A stretch of DNA of 63,399 nt, the filler included, from Clostridiaceae bacterium (lineage in GTDB: Bacteria > Bacillota > Clostridia > CAYPLH01 > DUMO01): NCBI GenBank assembly GCA_012839865.1. It is 4 parts of 4 records of this genome, joined end to end, with 100 filler letters (N's around TTAATTAATTAA, not from the genome) between each part and the next. Parts side by side here need not be neighbours in the genome. Positions count along the whole stretch, not along the records: positions 26,216 to 54,477 come from DUMO01000057.1; 3 more parts are not named here. The stretch is one strand, 5' to 3'. Each line of letters starts with the position of its first letter. The stretch's first letter is position 1. The notes below the pieces were generated by a model, which was not told the DNA's origin, did not search any database, and saw nothing but the letters and a program-made list of their open reading frames with translations. Shown here in pieces: positions 32,341-44,066 of the stretch. Position numbers and translations under genes: made by a program.

Positions 32341-33003
32341 ATGGGGCAGAAAGTTAATCCACATGGTTTAAGAATAGGAATTATTAAAGACTGGGATACA
32401 AAATGGTACGCTAATGATAAGAACTTTAGCGAATTCCTGGTGGAGGACGTAAAATTAAGAAAGTATATTAAAGAAAAATTATTCATTGCAGGCATATCCA
32501 GGATAGAAATTGAAAGAGCGGCAAACAAAATCAAGATCAATGTGAATACCGCAAAACCGGGTCTTGTAATCGGAAGAGGTGGCGCCGGAATTGAGCAGCT
32601 TCGCAAAGAGCTTGAGAAAATGACAGGTAAAAGCGTCCTGATAAACATAACCGAGATTAAGAATCCTGAAACAGATGCACTGCTTGTAGCTGAGAATATA
32701 GCCGCACAGTTGGAAAAGAGAGTATCTTTCAGACGCGCAATGAAACAGGCTATGTCAAGAGCTATGAAAATGGGAGCCAAAGGTATTAAAACTGCTGTGT
32801 CAGGAAGGCTTGGAGGAGCTGAAATCGCCAGAACCGAGCATTATCATGAAGGCACTATACCCCTTCAGACCCTGAGAGCGGATATAGATTATGGATTTAC
32901 CGAAGCAAATACAACTTACGGAAAGATCGGTGTTAAGGTCTGGATATATAAAGGGGAAGTTCTTCCTGTAGCAAACAAGAATAAGGAAGGGGGAACAAAA
33001 TAA
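32341..33003 (+). CDS. rpsC: 30S ribosomal protein S3
   Basis: [34 protein letters not shown]. Confidence 0.99.
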   Translation: MGQKVNPHGLRIGIIKDWDTKWYANDKNFSEFLVEDVKLRKYIKEKLFIAGISRIEIERAANKIKINVNTAKPGLVIGRGGAGIEQLRKELEKMTGKSVLINITEIKNPETDALLVAENIAAQLEKRVSFRRAMKQAMSRAMKMGAKGIKTAVSGRLGGAEIARTEHYHEGTIPLQTLRADIDYGFTEANTTYGKIGVKVWIYKGEVLPVANKNKEGGTK

Positions 33004-33443
33004 TGTTAATGCCCAAAAGAGTTAAACATAGAAAAGTTCAACGGGGTAGAATGAAAGGAATTGCAACCCGTGGCAATACCATATCAAATGGTGAATACGG
33101 ATTGAAAGCACTTGAACCCGGATGGATAACCAGTAACCAGATAGAAGCAGCAAGAATAGCGATGACCAGATTCATTAAAAGAGGCGGCCAGGTCTGGATT
33201 AAAATATTCCCGGATAAGCCTGTAACCCAAAAACCTGCTGAAACCCGTATGGGTAGTGGTAAGGGTTCACCGGAATACTGGGTAGCGGTTGTAAAACCGG
33301 GAAGAGTATTATTTGAAATCGCAGGCGTTGCAGAAGATCAAGCCAGAGAAGCAATGAGACTGGCAATGCACAAACTGCCAATAAAGTGCAAGTTTGTTGC
33401 CCGCGATGGTGAAATGGAAGGTGAATCAAATGAAAGCCAGTGA
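33003..33443 (+). CDS. rplP: 50S ribosomal protein L16
   Basis: [15 protein letters not shown]. Confidence 0.99.
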   Translation: MLMPKRVKHRKVQRGRMKGIATRGNTISNGEYGLKALEPGWITSNQIEAARIAMTRFIKRGGQVWIKIFPDKPVTQKPAETRMGSGKGSPEYWVAVVKPGRVLFEIAGVAEDQAREAMRLAMHKLPIKCKFVARDGEMEGESNESQ

Positions 33444-33624
33444 AATTAGAGATATGACCGAGAACGAATTGCAGAAAGAGTTGAAAGACCTTAAGAACGA
33501 ACTTTTCAAATTAAGATTTCAGCTGGCTACAAACCAGTTGGATAATCCAATGAAATTGAAAGAAGTTAAAAGGTCTATAGCAAGAGTAAAGACCATAATG
33601 AGACAGAGGGAATTGGCCCGCTAA
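33430..33624 (+). CDS. rpmC: 50S ribosomal protein L29
   Basis: MKASEIR...[10 protein letters not shown]...IARVKT. Confidence 0.98.
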   Translation: MKASEIRDMTENELQKELKDLKNELFKLRFQLATNQLDNPMKLKEVKRSIARVKTIMRQRELAR

Positions 33625-33657
33625 ATATTCAGGTTATCTGAAAGGAGGTTGCGTACA

Positions 33658-33915
33658 TTGCAAACAAGGGCACTTAGAAAAACAAGAGTTGGAATAGTTG
33701 TAAGTGATCGTATGGATAAAACTGTTGTAGTTCAAATAGCAACCAGTGTTAAACATCCTTTATATAAGAAAATTGTTAAAAGAACAAAAAAATTCAAGGC
33801 TCATGACGAAAACAACGAGTGCAGGGTAGGGGACAAGGTAAAAATTATGGAAACCAGACCCTTAAGCAGAGACAAAAGATGGCGCGTTGTCGAGATAATT
33901 GAAAAAGCCCAGTAA
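33658..33915 (+). CDS. rpsQ: 30S ribosomal protein S17
   Basis: [28 protein letters not shown] start chosen by RBS spacing. Confidence 0.98.
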   Translation: MQTRALRKTRVGIVVSDRMDKTVVVQIATSVKHPLYKKIVKRTKKFKAHDENNECRVGDKVKIMETRPLSRDKRWRVVEIIEKAQ

Positions 33916-33939
33916 TGGATTTCGAAAGGAGGTATGACC

Positions 33940-34308
33940 GTGATTCAAGCTCAAACAAAACTTAAGGTAGCCGACAACACCGGAGCAAAGGAACTCATGT
34001 GCATCAAGGTTCTTGGTGGAACAAGAAGAAGATATGCAAATATCGGTGATTTAGTTATAGCTTCGGTTAAAAATGCAACACCCGGAGGTGTTGTAAAAAA
34101 AGGCGACGTTGTAAAGTGCGTTATAGTACGTTCAAAGAAGGGTTTGAGAAGGCCTGACGGTTCATATATTAGATTTGATGAAAATGCAGCTGTTATAATC
34201 AGGGATGATAACAATCCCAGGGGCACACGTATTTTTGGCCCCGTAGCCAGGGAACTGAGAGATAAGGATTTTATGAAGATTTTGTCCTTAGCGCCGGAAG
34301 TTCTTTAA
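33940..34308 (+). CDS. rplN: 50S ribosomal protein L14
   Basis: [27 protein letters not shown]. Confidence 0.99.
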   Translation: MIQAQTKLKVADNTGAKELMCIKVLGGTRRRYANIGDLVIASVKNATPGGVVKKGDVVKCVIVRSKKGLRRPDGSYIRFDENAAVIIRDDNNPRGTRIFGPVARELRDKDFMKILSLAPEVL

Positions 34309-34483
34309 GATATGAAATGGCTGTATGTTGAATAAGTTTTCAATATAAACTCAAATGGAACCGGATTATATAGGAACAGAAAGTTTTGAATGTTCCAATA
34401 TTATGGAGACAAGCTTTAGGCCGGAAAAATGCAATTTGACAGACAGATAAAGCTATTTTTCCAAAGGAGAGGAGGCGGCTTAA

Positions 34484-34831
34484 TTGAAAAGCAAGGTTCA
34501 TGTCAAAAAGGGAGATACCGTGATTGTTTTATCCGGAAAAGATAAGGGAAAGAAGGGCAAGATATTGCGAGTTTTACCTTCTGAAGGAAAGGTTCTTGTT
34601 GAAGGTGTCAATATGGTAACAAAGCATGTAAAGCCAAGGAGTGCAACTCAGCAGGGCGGACGTGTGGAACAGGAATCTCCGATAAACAGTTCGAAAGTAA
34701 TGCTGGTATGTAATAGATGCCATAAGCCTACAAGGATAGGCAAAGTATTAATGGAAAACGGACAGAAGGCCAGAAAATGCAAAAAGTGCGATGAGATAAT
34801 AGATGTTATCAGTACAGATAATACCAAGTAG
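34484..34831 (+). CDS. rplX: 50S ribosomal protein L24
   Basis: [19 protein letters not shown] motif; C-terminal CNRC...CKKC. Confidence 0.98.
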   Translation: MKSKVHVKKGDTVIVLSGKDKGKKGKILRVLPSEGKVLVEGVNMVTKHVKPRSATQQGGRVEQESPINSSKVMLVCNRCHKPTRIGKVLMENGQKARKCKKCDEIIDVISTDNTK

Positions 34832-34857
34832 GTTTGAAAGGAGGTTAAATCTCTAAG

Positions 34858-35397
34858 ATGCCAAGATTAAAAGATAAATATATGAATGAAATAGTTCCGG
34901 CTCTCATGGCCAAGTTTAAATATAAAAACATCATGCAGGTACCCAGACTGGAGAAAGTGGTTTTGAATATGGGAGTGGGGGACGTAAAGGAAAACCCGAA
35001 AGCAATTGATGCTGCAGTTAATGATTTATCATTAATTGCCGGTCAGAAGCCGGTGGTTACAAAAGCAAAGAAATCCGTTGCAGCATTCAAGATCAGGCAA
35101 GGCATGAATATTGGCTGCAAGGTAACCATCCGGGGAGACAGAATGTATGAATTTGTTGATAAACTGTTTAACATTGCTCTTCCCAGAGTAAGAGACTTCA
35201 GAGGAGTATCAAAGAATTCGTTTGACGGAAGAGGAAATTACTCCCTTGGAATAAAAGAACAGTTGATATTTCCTGAAATAGATTATGATAAAGTAGACAA
35301 GATTCGCGGAATGGACATTACCTTTGTCACGACTGCAAAGACTGATGAAGAGGCGAGAGAATTCCTGAGGCTTTTAGGAATGCCATTCAGCTCGTAA
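34858..35397 (+). CDS. rplE: 50S ribosomal protein L5
   Basis: [23 protein letters not shown]. Confidence 0.99.
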   Translation: MPRLKDKYMNEIVPALMAKFKYKNIMQVPRLEKVVLNMGVGDVKENPKAIDAAVNDLSLIAGQKPVVTKAKKSVAAFKIRQGMNIGCKVTIRGDRMYEFVDKLFNIALPRVRDFRGVSKNSFDGRGNYSLGIKEQLIFPEIDYDKVDKIRGMDITFVTTAKTDEEAREFLRLLGMPFSS

Positions 35398-35413
35398 ACA
35401 AGGAGGGATGATA

Positions 35414-35599
35414 ATGGCAAAGAAAGCGATGATTTTAAAGGCATTAAGAAAACCCAAATACAGAACAAGGACTCACAATAGATGCAAGTTATGCGGGAGA
35501 CCCCATGCTTATTTGAGAAAATTTGGAATTTGCCGTTTGTGTTTCAGAGATTTGGCATACAAGGGACAGATTCCGGGAGTTAGAAAGGCAAGCTGGTAG
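35414..35599 (+). CDS. rpsN: 30S ribosomal protein S14 (Zn-binding type Z)
   Basis: RCKLCGR...GICRLCFR. Confidence 0.98.
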   Translation: MAKKAMILKALRKPKYRTRTHNRCKLCGRPHAYLRKFGICRLCFRDLAYKGQIPGVRKASW

Positions 35600-35636
35600 T
35601 AATGCATATTTAGTTTTTGAAAGGAGGTTCAGCATA

Positions 35637-36035
35637 ATGCATACAACTGATGCTATTGCGGATATGTTAACCAGAATCAGGAATGCCGGTTCGGCCAAGC
35701 ATGAAAGCGTTGATATTCCGGCATCCAATTTAAAGAGGTCAATAGCCAAAATTTTGCTGGATGAAGGCTATATAAAAGATTTAAAGGAAATAAGCGATAA
35801 CAAACAGGATATTATAAGAATTACATTGAAATATACCGACAATAAGAAAAATGTTATTTCAGGACTTAAGAGAATAAGCAAACCCGGATTAAGAGTTTAT
35901 GCAGGTAAAGACGAGTTGCCGAAGGTGCTGGGAGGGCTTGGAATAGCAATAATATCTACCTCAAAGGGTATCATGACAGATAAAAAAGCCAGAGCTGAAG
36001 GTGTTGGAGGAGAAGTATTGGCTTTTATTTGGTAA
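35637..36035 (+). CDS. rpsH: 30S ribosomal protein S8
   Basis: [23 protein letters not shown]. Confidence 0.99.
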   Translation: MHTTDAIADMLTRIRNAGSAKHESVDIPASNLKRSIAKILLDEGYIKDLKEISDNKQDIIRITLKYTDNKKNVISGLKRISKPGLRVYAGKDELPKVLGGLGIAIISTSKGIMTDKKARAEGVGGEVLAFIW

Positions 36036-36158
36036 TGAAGGCGGCAAAAAGGATGCGAAGATCCGGGAAATATTCGTGATTACCCGAAGTTTGCATAAGC
36101 CCCATTCTGAAAAGGGTAGATAAATACACCCATAATCTTAAGAACAGGAGGTTTATTT

Positions 36159-36698
36159 ATGTCACGTATAGGAAAGATGCCGGTAAAGATTCCGGCAGGA
36201 ATTGAGGTCAAGCTGGAAGACGCAAACAAACTGACGATGAAAAGCAAAGCCGGTACTTTGACAAAGCAATTCCATAAAGATATGATTATTAAGGTAGAAA
36301 ATGACACCATAAAAGTTGAAAGGCCGTCAGATATAAAGATGTACAAAGCGTTGCACGGTTTGACAAGGGCTCTTATCAACAATATGGTTATTGGATTGTC
36401 TCAGGGTTTTGAGAAAAGGCTTGATATTGTAGGCGTAGGTTACAGGGCCCAGAAACAGGGTAAAAAGCTTGTGCTTAATATCGGTTATTCACACCCAATT
36501 GAAATGGAAGAACCTGAAGGCGTAACTGTCGAGGTTCCTAATCCGAACAAGATTATTGTAAAAGGGATAGACAAACAGGTAGTCGGCGAGTTTGCTGCAA
36601 AGATAAGAAGCAAACGTGAACCTGAGGTTTATAAAGGAAAAGGTATCAGGTATGAAAACGAAGTTGTAAGGATTAAGGAAGGCAAGACAGGAGCTTAA
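36159..36698 (+). CDS. rplF: 50S ribosomal protein L6
   Basis: [17 protein letters not shown]. Confidence 0.99.
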   Translation: MSRIGKMPVKIPAGIEVKLEDANKLTMKSKAGTLTKQFHKDMIIKVENDTIKVERPSDIKMYKALHGLTRALINNMVIGLSQGFEKRLDIVGVGYRAQKQGKKLVLNIGYSHPIEMEEPEGVTVEVPNPNKIIVKGIDKQVVGEFAAKIRSKREPEVYKGKGIRYENEVVRIKEGKTGA

Positions 36699-36721
36699 CG
36701 GGAAGGAAGGAGTGAAGTCAA

Positions 36722-37090
36722 GTGATTCAAAAACCCAGTAAAAATGAAATTCGAATTAGAAAACATGCAAGGGTACGCAAAAAGGTCTTTGGAACCGCTG
36801 AACGTCCGAGACTCAATGTATTCCGAAGCTTGAAGCATATTTATGCTCAAATAATTGACGATACGACAGGACGAACTCTCGTAGCCGCCAGCACACTGGA
36901 TCCGGCAATTAAAGGCAAGCTGAAACATGGCGGAAATAAGGAAGCAGCTAAAGAAGTCGGCACGCTTGTTGCAAAAAAAGCTCTGGATGCAGGTATAACA
37001 TCAGTAGTATTTGACAGAGGCGGATATATCTATCACGGCAGAGTTAAAGAACTTGCAGAAGCTGCTCGAGAAGCAGGCTTGATATTTTAG
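36722..37090 (+). CDS. rplR: 50S ribosomal protein L18
   Basis: [21 protein letters not shown]. Confidence 0.99.
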   Translation: MIQKPSKNEIRIRKHARVRKKVFGTAERPRLNVFRSLKHIYAQIIDDTTGRTLVAASTLDPAIKGKLKHGGNKEAAKEVGTLVAKKALDAGITSVVFDRGGYIYHGRVKELAEAAREAGLIF

Positions 37091-37107
37091 CGGAAGGAGG
37101 AGAGTTA

Positions 37108-37611
37108 ATGCAGCAGCGGATTGATCCATCTACATTGGATTTAAAAGAAAAGGTTGTTAATATAGGACGTGTTGCCAAGGTTGTAAAGGGCGGAAGAAAT
37201 TTCAGATTCAGCGCATTGGTTGTTGTCGGGGATGAAAATGGTTATGTTGGAAGCGGTATCGGAAAATCCACTGAAATTCCTGATGCTATAAGAAAAGGAA
37301 TTGAGGATGCCAAGAAGAATCTGATAAAAGTTCCTATAGTAAACACAACAATTCCCCATGAAGTTACAGGAGAATATGGAGCTGGCAGTGTATTATTGAA
37401 GCCCGCCGGAGAAGGTACTGGAGTTATCGCAGGAGGACCGGTAAGAGCTGTCCTTGAACTTGCCGGAATACGAGATATAAGAACAAAATCTTTAGGCTCC
37501 AACAATCCTATTAACATGGTTAATGCAACCATAGAAGGCTTAAAACAGCTCAAGACCCTTGAAGAAGTGGCAAGGCTGCGTGGCAAGAAGCCTGAAGAGA
37601 TTGAAGGTTAG
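37108..37611 (+). CDS. rpsE: 30S ribosomal protein S5
   Basis: [22 protein letters not shown]. Confidence 0.99.
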   Translation: MQQRIDPSTLDLKEKVVNIGRVAKVVKGGRNFRFSALVVVGDENGYVGSGIGKSTEIPDAIRKGIEDAKKNLIKVPIVNTTIPHEVTGEYGAGSVLLKPAGEGTGVIAGGPVRAVLELAGIRDIRTKSLGSNNPINMVNATIEGLKQLKTLEEVARLRGKKPEEIEG

Positions 37612-37622
37612 GGGGGACTTTT

Positions 37623-37802
37623 GTGGCAAAATTAAGAATTAAACTTATTAAGAGCACAAATAAAGCCATAGAAAAACAGGTTGCTACTGTTAAGGCTCTT
37701 GGTCTTAAAAAGATAGGAAGTACTGTTGAACAGGAAGACACCCCTCAAATCAGGGGCATGATTAATAAAGTTTCACATCTTGTAGCTGTTGAAGAAATAT
37801 AA
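37623..37802 (+). CDS. rpmD: 50S ribosomal protein L30 (59 aa, absent from ORF track)
   Basis: Translated by hand from GTG 37623: [59 protein letters not shown]. Confidence 0.96.
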   Translation: MAKLRIKLIKSTNKAIEKQVATVKALGLKKIGSTVEQEDTPQIRGMINKVSHLVAVEEI

Positions 37803-37817
37803 GAGGAGGTGTTAATA

Positions 37818-38261
37818 TTGAGACTGAATGAACTCAGCTCCCCGAATGGCAGAACTAAAGCACCCTTGAGAAAAGGAAGAGGACCCGGTTCAGGCCATGG
37901 AAAAACTGCCGGCAGAGGACATAAGGGACTTCACGCAAGATCCGGCGGCAGTGTAAGACCAGGTTTTGAAGGTGGCCAGATGCCTTTTTACATGAGAATG
38001 CCTAAGAGGGGATTTAATAATAAAAGGTTTGCCAAAGTTTATGCGCAAATCAATGTTTCAGATCTGAATCAATTTGACGACGGTACTGTAGTAAACGGTG
38101 AATTGCTGATTGAGAAAGGAATTATTAAAAAACTCCATGATGGATTGGTTGTACTTGGCAACGGAGAGCTGAACAAAAAGCTTACTGTCCAGGCAACAAG
38201 ATTCACTAAATCAGCTTCTGAAAAAATAGAAGCTGCCGGAGGAAAGGCAGAGGTGTTATAA
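37818..38261 (+). CDS. rplO: 50S ribosomal protein L15
   Basis: [25 protein letters not shown]. Confidence 0.99.
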   Translation: MRLNELSSPNGRTKAPLRKGRGPGSGHGKTAGRGHKGLHARSGGSVRPGFEGGQMPFYMRMPKRGFNNKRFAKVYAQINVSDLNQFDDGTVVNGELLIEKGIIKKLHDGLVVLGNGELNKKLTVQATRFTKSASEKIEAAGGKAEVL

Positions 38262-38262
38262 A

Positions 38263-39552
38263 ATGGGTGGCATGCTTGAAGTTTTGAGAAATGCCTGGAA
38301 GATTCCCGATCTGCGAAAGAAAATTTTCTTCACCATAGGTATGCTGGCTGTATACAGACTTGGTTGTTTCATCCCTGTACCGTTTTTGGATCCGGAAGCT
38401 TTCAGACAGCTTGTTGAATCCGGTGGACAGCTGTTCGCCTTTGTTGATGTAATGACAGGAGGTGCTTTCCGAAACGCTACTATATTCGCAATGAGCATAA
38501 CTCCTTACATCAACGCCTCAATTATATTAAACCTTTTGACTGTTGCAATACCCAAGCTCGAACAGCTTGCAAAAGAAGGAGAAGAAGGAAGAAAAATTAT
38601 TGCACAGTATACCAGATACGCAACAATTATACTGGCAATCCTGGAGGCTACAGGTCTGTATTTCAGCCTGGGTAATGCCGTAATCGGTGGGAAGAATGTT
38701 TTGAATTATTTTACAATAATAATGACATTTACCGCAGGTACAGCGTTTTTGATGTGGCTTGGCGAGCAGATTACTGAAAAGGGAATCGGCAACGGAATCT
38801 CAATGATTATTTTTGCAAGTATTGTTTCAAGAGGGCCATCCGGTGCAATATCCATGTATCAGCTATACATCGCAGGGCAACTTGGAGAAGGAATTATGGG
38901 AATACTTGCAATACTGGGAATTATTGCATTGTTCGTCGCAGTTATAGCAGCTGTTGTTTGGGTTGAAGCAGCGGAAAGAAGGATTCCTGTTCAGTATGCA
39001 AAGAGAGTCGTAGGACGCAAGATGTATGGAGGACAAAGTACCCACATTCCGCTTAAGGTGAACATGGCAGGCGTTATTCCAATTATTTTTGCAATGTCAC
39101 TGCTGATGTTCCCATCAACACTTATAGGGTTCTTTGCAGCCAACTCCACATCACGTTTTGTAACGTGGTTTAAAGATTGGCCAAAGCATTTTACCTATCC
39201 GATTTTTTATGCACTATTGGTTTTGGGCTTTACTTTCTTTTATTCGGTAATCCAGTTCAATCCTGTAGAGATTGCAAATAATATGAAGAAAAACGGCGGT
39301 TTCATTCCGGGTATCAGACCGGGAAGACCAACATCAGATTATATTTCAAAGGTTATGAACAGGATCACATGGTTTGGTGCACTGTTCCTGGCTGTAATTG
39401 CAATCATGCCTATTGTACTGCAGCAGATTACCGGAATAAATGTATGGTTTGCCGGTACAAGTGTACTGATTCTTGTTGGAGTAGCCCTGGAGACTGTTAA
39501 GCAAATAGAATCCCAGATGTTGATGAGACATTACAAAGGATTCCTTGAATAA
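38263..39552 (+). CDS. secY: preprotein translocase subunit SecY
   Basis: ITPYINASII, GIGNGISMIIF, IPIIFA, FIPGIRPG. Confidence 0.99.
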   Translation: MGGMLEVLRNAWKIPDLRKKIFFTIGMLAVYRLGCFIPVPFLDPEAFRQLVESGGQLFAFVDVMTGGAFRNATIFAMSITPYINASIILNLLTVAIPKLEQLAKEGEEGRKIIAQYTRYATIILAILEATGLYFSLGNAVIGGKNVLNYFTIIMTFTAGTAFLMWLGEQITEKGIGNGISMIIFASIVSRGPSGAISMYQLYIAGQLGEGIMGILAILGIIALFVAVIAAVVWVEAAERRIPVQYAKRVVGRKMYGGQSTHIPLKVNMAGVIPIIFAMSLLMFPSTLIGFFAANSTSRFVTWFKDWPKHFTYPIFYALLVLGFTFFYSVIQFNPVEIANNMKKNGGFIPGIRPGRPTSDYISKVMNRITWFGALFLAVIAIMPIVLQQITGINVWFAGTSVLILVGVALETVKQIESQMLMRHYKGFLE

Positions 39553-39652
39553 TATTTTGACGGGATTTCGGGCAGCGATACCAAGGATTTAAAGTTGGTG
39601 CAGATTAGTAGTTTTGAAGTTTGATGCGAACTTAAACCGGGAGGCTGAAAAA

Positions 39653-40303
39653 ATGAGGTTGATTATTTTGGGAGTTCCAGGAGCAGGCAAAGGAACCCAA
39701 GCTAAAATTCTGTCTGAAAAATTTGGAATACCGCATGTTTCAACAGGCGATATTTTCAGAAGCAATATTAAGAACGGAACACCCCTTGGGATAAAGGTAA
39801 AAGAGTATCTTAACAGCGGCAAACTTGTTCCGGATTCCTTGACTTGTGAGATTGTAGGTGACAGACTGGCCCAGAATGATTGCAAGGACGGTTTTTTGCT
39901 GGACGGGTTTCCAAGAACGATCCCTCAGGCAGAGTACCTGGATGAAACCCTTAAAGAGATGGGTGTAAGTCTAAGCGCTGTTTTGAATCTTCATGTGCCT
40001 GATGAAAAAATTATTAAAAGGCTGACTGGCAGACGTGTTTGTCCAAAGTGCGGCAAAAGTTATCACCTGTTGTACAATCCTCCCGCTTCGGATAATTCAT
40101 GCTCCGATTGCGGAACCACTGTAATCCAGAGGGATGACGACAAAGAAGAAACTGTGCTGGAACGTTTAAAAACATATCATGAGCAAACCGAACCATTGAT
40201 AAGGTATTATTTTGAAAAAGGTCTGCTCATAACAGCAATAGGACAGGAAGAAATTGAGGACACGACTCAGGCAGTTTTGGAAGCATTAAAAAATGTAGAT
40301 TAG
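39653..40303 (+). CDS. adk: adenylate kinase (Zn-lid)
   Basis: GVPGAGKGTQ, LDGFPRT, CPKC...CSDC lid. Confidence 0.98.
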   Translation: MRLIILGVPGAGKGTQAKILSEKFGIPHVSTGDIFRSNIKNGTPLGIKVKEYLNSGKLVPDSLTCEIVGDRLAQNDCKDGFLLDGFPRTIPQAEYLDETLKEMGVSLSAVLNLHVPDEKIIKRLTGRRVCPKCGKSYHLLYNPPASDNSCSDCGTTVIQRDDDKEETVLERLKTYHEQTEPLIRYYFEKGLLITAIGQEEIEDTTQAVLEALKNVD

Positions 40304-40319
40304 CATCGAGGGACATTTG

Positions 40320-41087
40320 ATGATAACAATAAAGTCTAAAAGTGAGCTTGAAATAATGCGTAAAGCCGGAGAAATAGTGGCCCTGGCCCATGAAAAGATT
40401 AAGGAAGCCATCAAGCCCGGAGTTACGACAAAGGAACTTGACAGAATAGCTGAGGAAGTAATTATAAAATCAGGTGCCACACCCTCTTTCAAAGGGGTTA
40501 GGGGAATGCCTGATGCTCCTTTGTACCCGGCTTCGATATGTGCTTCGGTAAATGATGAGGTTGTGCATGGTATTCCTGGTTTAAGAGTGCTTAATGATGG
40601 AGATATTATCAGTATTGACATAGGTGCGTTTTATGGCGGTTTTCATGCAGATGCCGCCAGAACACACCCTGTCGGGAAAATTAGCATCGAAGCGGAACGC
40701 CTGATAATGGTAACCATGGAATGTTTTTATGAAGGCCTTAAGCAAGCTGTATTCGGTAACAGAATATCCGATATATCAGCAGCAATCCAGGTACATGCAG
40801 AAAAAAACGGGTATTCGGTTGTCAGGGAATATGTAGGACATGGAATCGGCAGGGAAATGTGGGAGCCGCCTCAAATACCAAATTTCAGGACAAGGGAAAG
40901 AGGGCCAAGACTCCAGCCGGGAATGACATTAGCAGTTGAGCCGATGATAAATGCAGGAAGATACGAAATAAAAATCGATGCAAACAAATGGACTGTCAGG
41001 ACCTTGGACGGAAGCCTTTCCGCTCATTATGAAAACACCCTGGCTGTTACCGACGGGGAACCGGTAATACTGACTAAGCTTGACTGA
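40320..41087 (+). CDS. map: methionine aminopeptidase type I
   Basis: SVNDEVVHGIP, GHGIG, EPMIN, SAHYENT. Confidence 0.98.
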   Translation: MITIKSKSELEIMRKAGEIVALAHEKIKEAIKPGVTTKELDRIAEEVIIKSGATPSFKGVRGMPDAPLYPASICASVNDEVVHGIPGLRVLNDGDIISIDIGAFYGGFHADAARTHPVGKISIEAERLIMVTMECFYEGLKQAVFGNRISDISAAIQVHAEKNGYSVVREYVGHGIGREMWEPPQIPNFRTRERGPRLQPGMTLAVEPMINAGRYEIKIDANKWTVRTLDGSLSAHYENTLAVTDGEPVILTKLD

Positions 41088-41196
41088 TTGACAAAAACTA
41101 CTTTGACATAAACAACCGGATATGCTTGGTACTTTACTTAATTGATAAAAAGTATTAAAATATATAAGTTAGCGCATTTTTTCTTTAAACATAGAG

Positions 41197-41493
41197 GTGG
41201 ACTTATTGGAAGTTGAATTAGGCAGGATAGTGATTTCCAAAGCAGGCAGAGATGCCGGTAAACTGTTTGTGATAACCGGTATTATTGATGAAGCCAGTGT
41301 TTATGTTGCCGATGGCAATTTGCGAAGGATAGAAAAGCCTAAAAAAAAGAATATTAAGCACCTTGAGTTTACCAGAGGACTGAGCAGGGAACTAAATAAA
41401 AAACTCATAAATAAAGAAAAGGTTACCAATGCAGAGATAAGAAAATACCTTGGTGAGTTTGAAATCGACGCAATAATTGACACAGGTTCTTAA
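41197..41493 (+). CDS. KOW-domain RNA-binding protein (L14e-like)
   Basis: SKAGRDAG...ADG..R.IEKPKKKN.KHL; position between map and infA. Confidence 0.85.
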   Translation: MDLLEVELGRIVISKAGRDAGKLFVITGIIDEASVYVADGNLRRIEKPKKKNIKHLEFTRGLSRELNKKLINKEKVTNAEIRKYLGEFEIDAIIDTGS

Positions 41494-41561
41494 CAAAATC
41501 GCAGTGCACGGGTTGCAGGGTGATTTTTGAATAAGCTAAGTATTCAAGGAGGTCTTAGGTT

Positions 41562-41792
41562 TTGTCAAAGGAAGACGTAATTGAAGTTGAGGGAACTGTG
41601 ATAGAAGCTTTACCAAATGCAATGTTTCAAGTAGAACTGGAAAACGGGCATAAGGTGCTGGCACATATTTCCGGTAAATTAAGGATGAATTTTATTCGGA
41701 TATTACCAGGAGATAAGGTTACTGTAGAGCTTTCTCCTTACGATTTGACAAGGGGAAGGATAACATGGAGAGGGTATAATCCCGGTAAGTGA
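41562..41792 (+). CDS. infA: translation initiation factor IF-1
   Basis: [30 protein letters not shown]. Confidence 0.99.
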   Translation: MSKEDVIEVEGTVIEALPNAMFQVELENGHKVLAHISGKLRMNFIRILPGDKVTVELSPYDLTRGRITWRGYNPGK

Positions 41793-41878
41793 TTAATACA
41801 ATTTGTTCTCCTTTTAATCATAAGACAAAAACGTGGAGGGTCTTGTGTTTATGAGGGCGCAGCAAAGGAGGGGTAGAG

Positions 41879-41992
41879 ATGAAAGTTAAACCATCTGTAA
41901 AAGTAATATGTGAAAAGTGCAAGATAATCAAAAGAAAAGGTAGAGTTATGGTAATTTGTGAAAACCCGAAGCATAAACAAAGACAAGGCTAA
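41879..41992 (+). CDS. rpmJ: 50S ribosomal protein L36 (37 aa, absent from ORF track)
   Basis: Hand translation [37 protein letters not shown]. Confidence 0.98.
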   Translation: MKVKPSVKVICEKCKIIKRKGRVMVICENPKHKQRQG

Positions 41993-42253
41993 TTTGAAAA
42001 TAACATCCCGGAAGCGGCTGCATGAAATTTTATGCCTGATGCATGAGATTTTATGTTTCGGGATGATTTGATAAATATCTGCTGTTCTTTATTTCAACCT
42101 GAAGAATATGCAGTAATGTTTATCCATAAATTTATAATTATTAAAGTTTGGCGGCATTGGGTGCTGCAGTGGTAAAGCTGGCCCGGTGCTGAAAATCTAG
42201 TTGGTTTTTGGTATTTATTAAAAAGCAAAAAACATTGGAGGTGTTTTAGAAGT

Positions 42254-42625
42254 ATGGCTCGTATTGCCGGAGTTGATCTGCCCAGAGACAAGAGAGTTGA
42301 AATAGGATTGACTTATATATATGGGATTGGAAGATCTACAGCAAAAAGTATAATTGAAACCACCGGAATTAATCCCGATACAAGAGTTAGAGATCTTACT
42401 GATGATGAAATTAACAAATTAAGGCAAATCATTGAAAAGGAACTTAAGGTGGAAGGTGATCTTCGAAGAGAAGTCAGCCTGAACATCAAGCGTCTGATTG
42501 AAATTGGTTCATATAGAGGAAGAAGGCACAGAGCTGGCTTGCCTGTTAGAGGGCAGAGAACGAAAACTAATGCCAGGACAAGAAAAGGTCCGTCAAGGAC
42601 TGTAGGCGTGCAAAGAAAGAAATAG
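42254..42625 (+). CDS. rpsM: 30S ribosomal protein S13
   Basis: [25 protein letters not shown]. Confidence 0.99.
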   Translation: MARIAGVDLPRDKRVEIGLTYIYGIGRSTAKSIIETTGINPDTRVRDLTDDEINKLRQIIEKELKVEGDLRREVSLNIKRLIEIGSYRGRRHRAGLPVRGQRTKTNARTRKGPSRTVGVQRKK

Positions 42626-42648
42626 CAAGAAGGAGGTAGTTGCGTAAG

Positions 42649-43047
42649 ATGGCACCCAGAGGTGGTAAAAGAACAACCAGAAGAAAAAAGGAACGTAAAA
42701 ATATAGAACGTGGGCAAGCTCATATTCGTTCATCGTTTAATAATACAATAGTTACTCTGACAGATACTGCCGGTAACGCGTTATCATGGGCAAGTTCCGG
42801 CGGAATGGGATTCAGGGGCTCAAGGAAAAATACACCCTTTGCTGCCCAGATGGCTGCAGAGCAAGCTGCAAAGGCTGCTATGGAACATGGCCTGAAAACT
42901 GTTGAAGTATATGTAAAAGGACCCGGAGCAGGAAGAGAAGCAGCAATAAGAGCTTTACAGGCAGCAGGTCTTGAAGTCAGCCTTATAAAGGATGTAACCC
43001 CTATACCGCATAATGGCTGCAGACCCCCCAAGCGAAGAAGGGTATAA
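42649..43047 (+). CDS. rpsK: 30S ribosomal protein S11
   Basis: [20 protein letters not shown]. Confidence 0.99.
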   Translation: MAPRGGKRTTRRKKERKNIERGQAHIRSSFNNTIVTLTDTAGNALSWASSGGMGFRGSRKNTPFAAQMAAEQAAKAAMEHGLKTVEVYVKGPGAGREAAIRALQAAGLEVSLIKDVTPIPHNGCRPPKRRRV

Positions 43048-43219
43048 ATATACGGTGTTTTGGCTGTTGGTCATACTGATTTTGTGTTTGGAAATATTAT
43101 TTACCGGATTTGTCAAAGCACAAATTGTCGATTATTAAATTGTACGGAATTTTAAAGACCGGCAGCAGGGGAAAAAGTAAACCATGACAGGATATTAATT
43201 ATGGAGGTGTTAAAGAAGA

Positions 43220-43846
43220 ATGGCAAGATATACAGATGCATCCTGCAAATTGTGCCGCAGGGAAGGAGAAAAGCTCTTCCTTAAAGGCGAGAGATGCTAT
43301 ACAAATAAATGTTCCATTTCAAGAAGAAACTATGCTCCCGGCCAACATGGACAGGGAAGAAAGAAACTTTCGGAGTATGGTATTCAGTTGAGAGAAAAAC
43401 AGAAAGCCAGAAGATTCTATGGAATTTTGGAGAAACAGTTCAGAAAATACTTTGATATGGCTTCAGCAAGAAAAGGTATTACAGGTGAAAACCTGCTCCA
43501 GATTCTTGAAACAAGGCTTGACAATATAGTTTACAGACTCGGGCTCGCAACTTCCAGACCGGAAGCACGTCAACTGGTTACCCATGGACATTTTTTGGTG
43601 AACGGGAAAAAGGTTAACATTCCTTCAATGCTTTTGAAGGAAGGGGATGTCGTGTCAATTAGGGAATCAAGCAGAGATTCTGAAAAATTCAAGGACGTCC
43701 GTGAAGTTACCGAAAGCAAGGTTGTTCCTGAATGGCTCTCCTACGATGCGGATAACTGGACCGGAAAAGTTGTCAGACTCCCATCCAGGCAGGATATTGA
43801 TGTCAACATCAGAGAACATCTTATTGTTGAGCTCTATTCAAAATAA
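43220..43846 (+). CDS. rpsD: 30S ribosomal protein S4 (Zn-binding)
   Basis: CKLCRREG..C...[12 protein letters not shown]. Confidence 0.99.
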   Translation: MARYTDASCKLCRREGEKLFLKGERCYTNKCSISRRNYAPGQHGQGRKKLSEYGIQLREKQKARRFYGILEKQFRKYFDMASARKGITGENLLQILETRLDNIVYRLGLATSRPEARQLVTHGHFLVNGKKVNIPSMLLKEGDVVSIRESSRDSEKFKDVREVTESKVVPEWLSYDADNWTGKVVRLPSRQDIDVNIREHLIVELYSK

Positions 43847-44066
43847 AATGAGTTTTAAACTGATAAGAAGTTTTTGTTGGTTTATTATAAATGGAATAGA
43901 ATTTTTACCGGTGCAGCAGCCCGGTAAACCAAATAAATTAAGTTGGTTAAAAAATTCTATCAGCAACTGACGATTAAATAAATACTAAAGTTTTTAAGCG
44001 GATAAGCAATATTTTGAATCAGTTGCCCTCAAAAACGTTAATAAAGTTTTACAGGGAGGGTTATCA

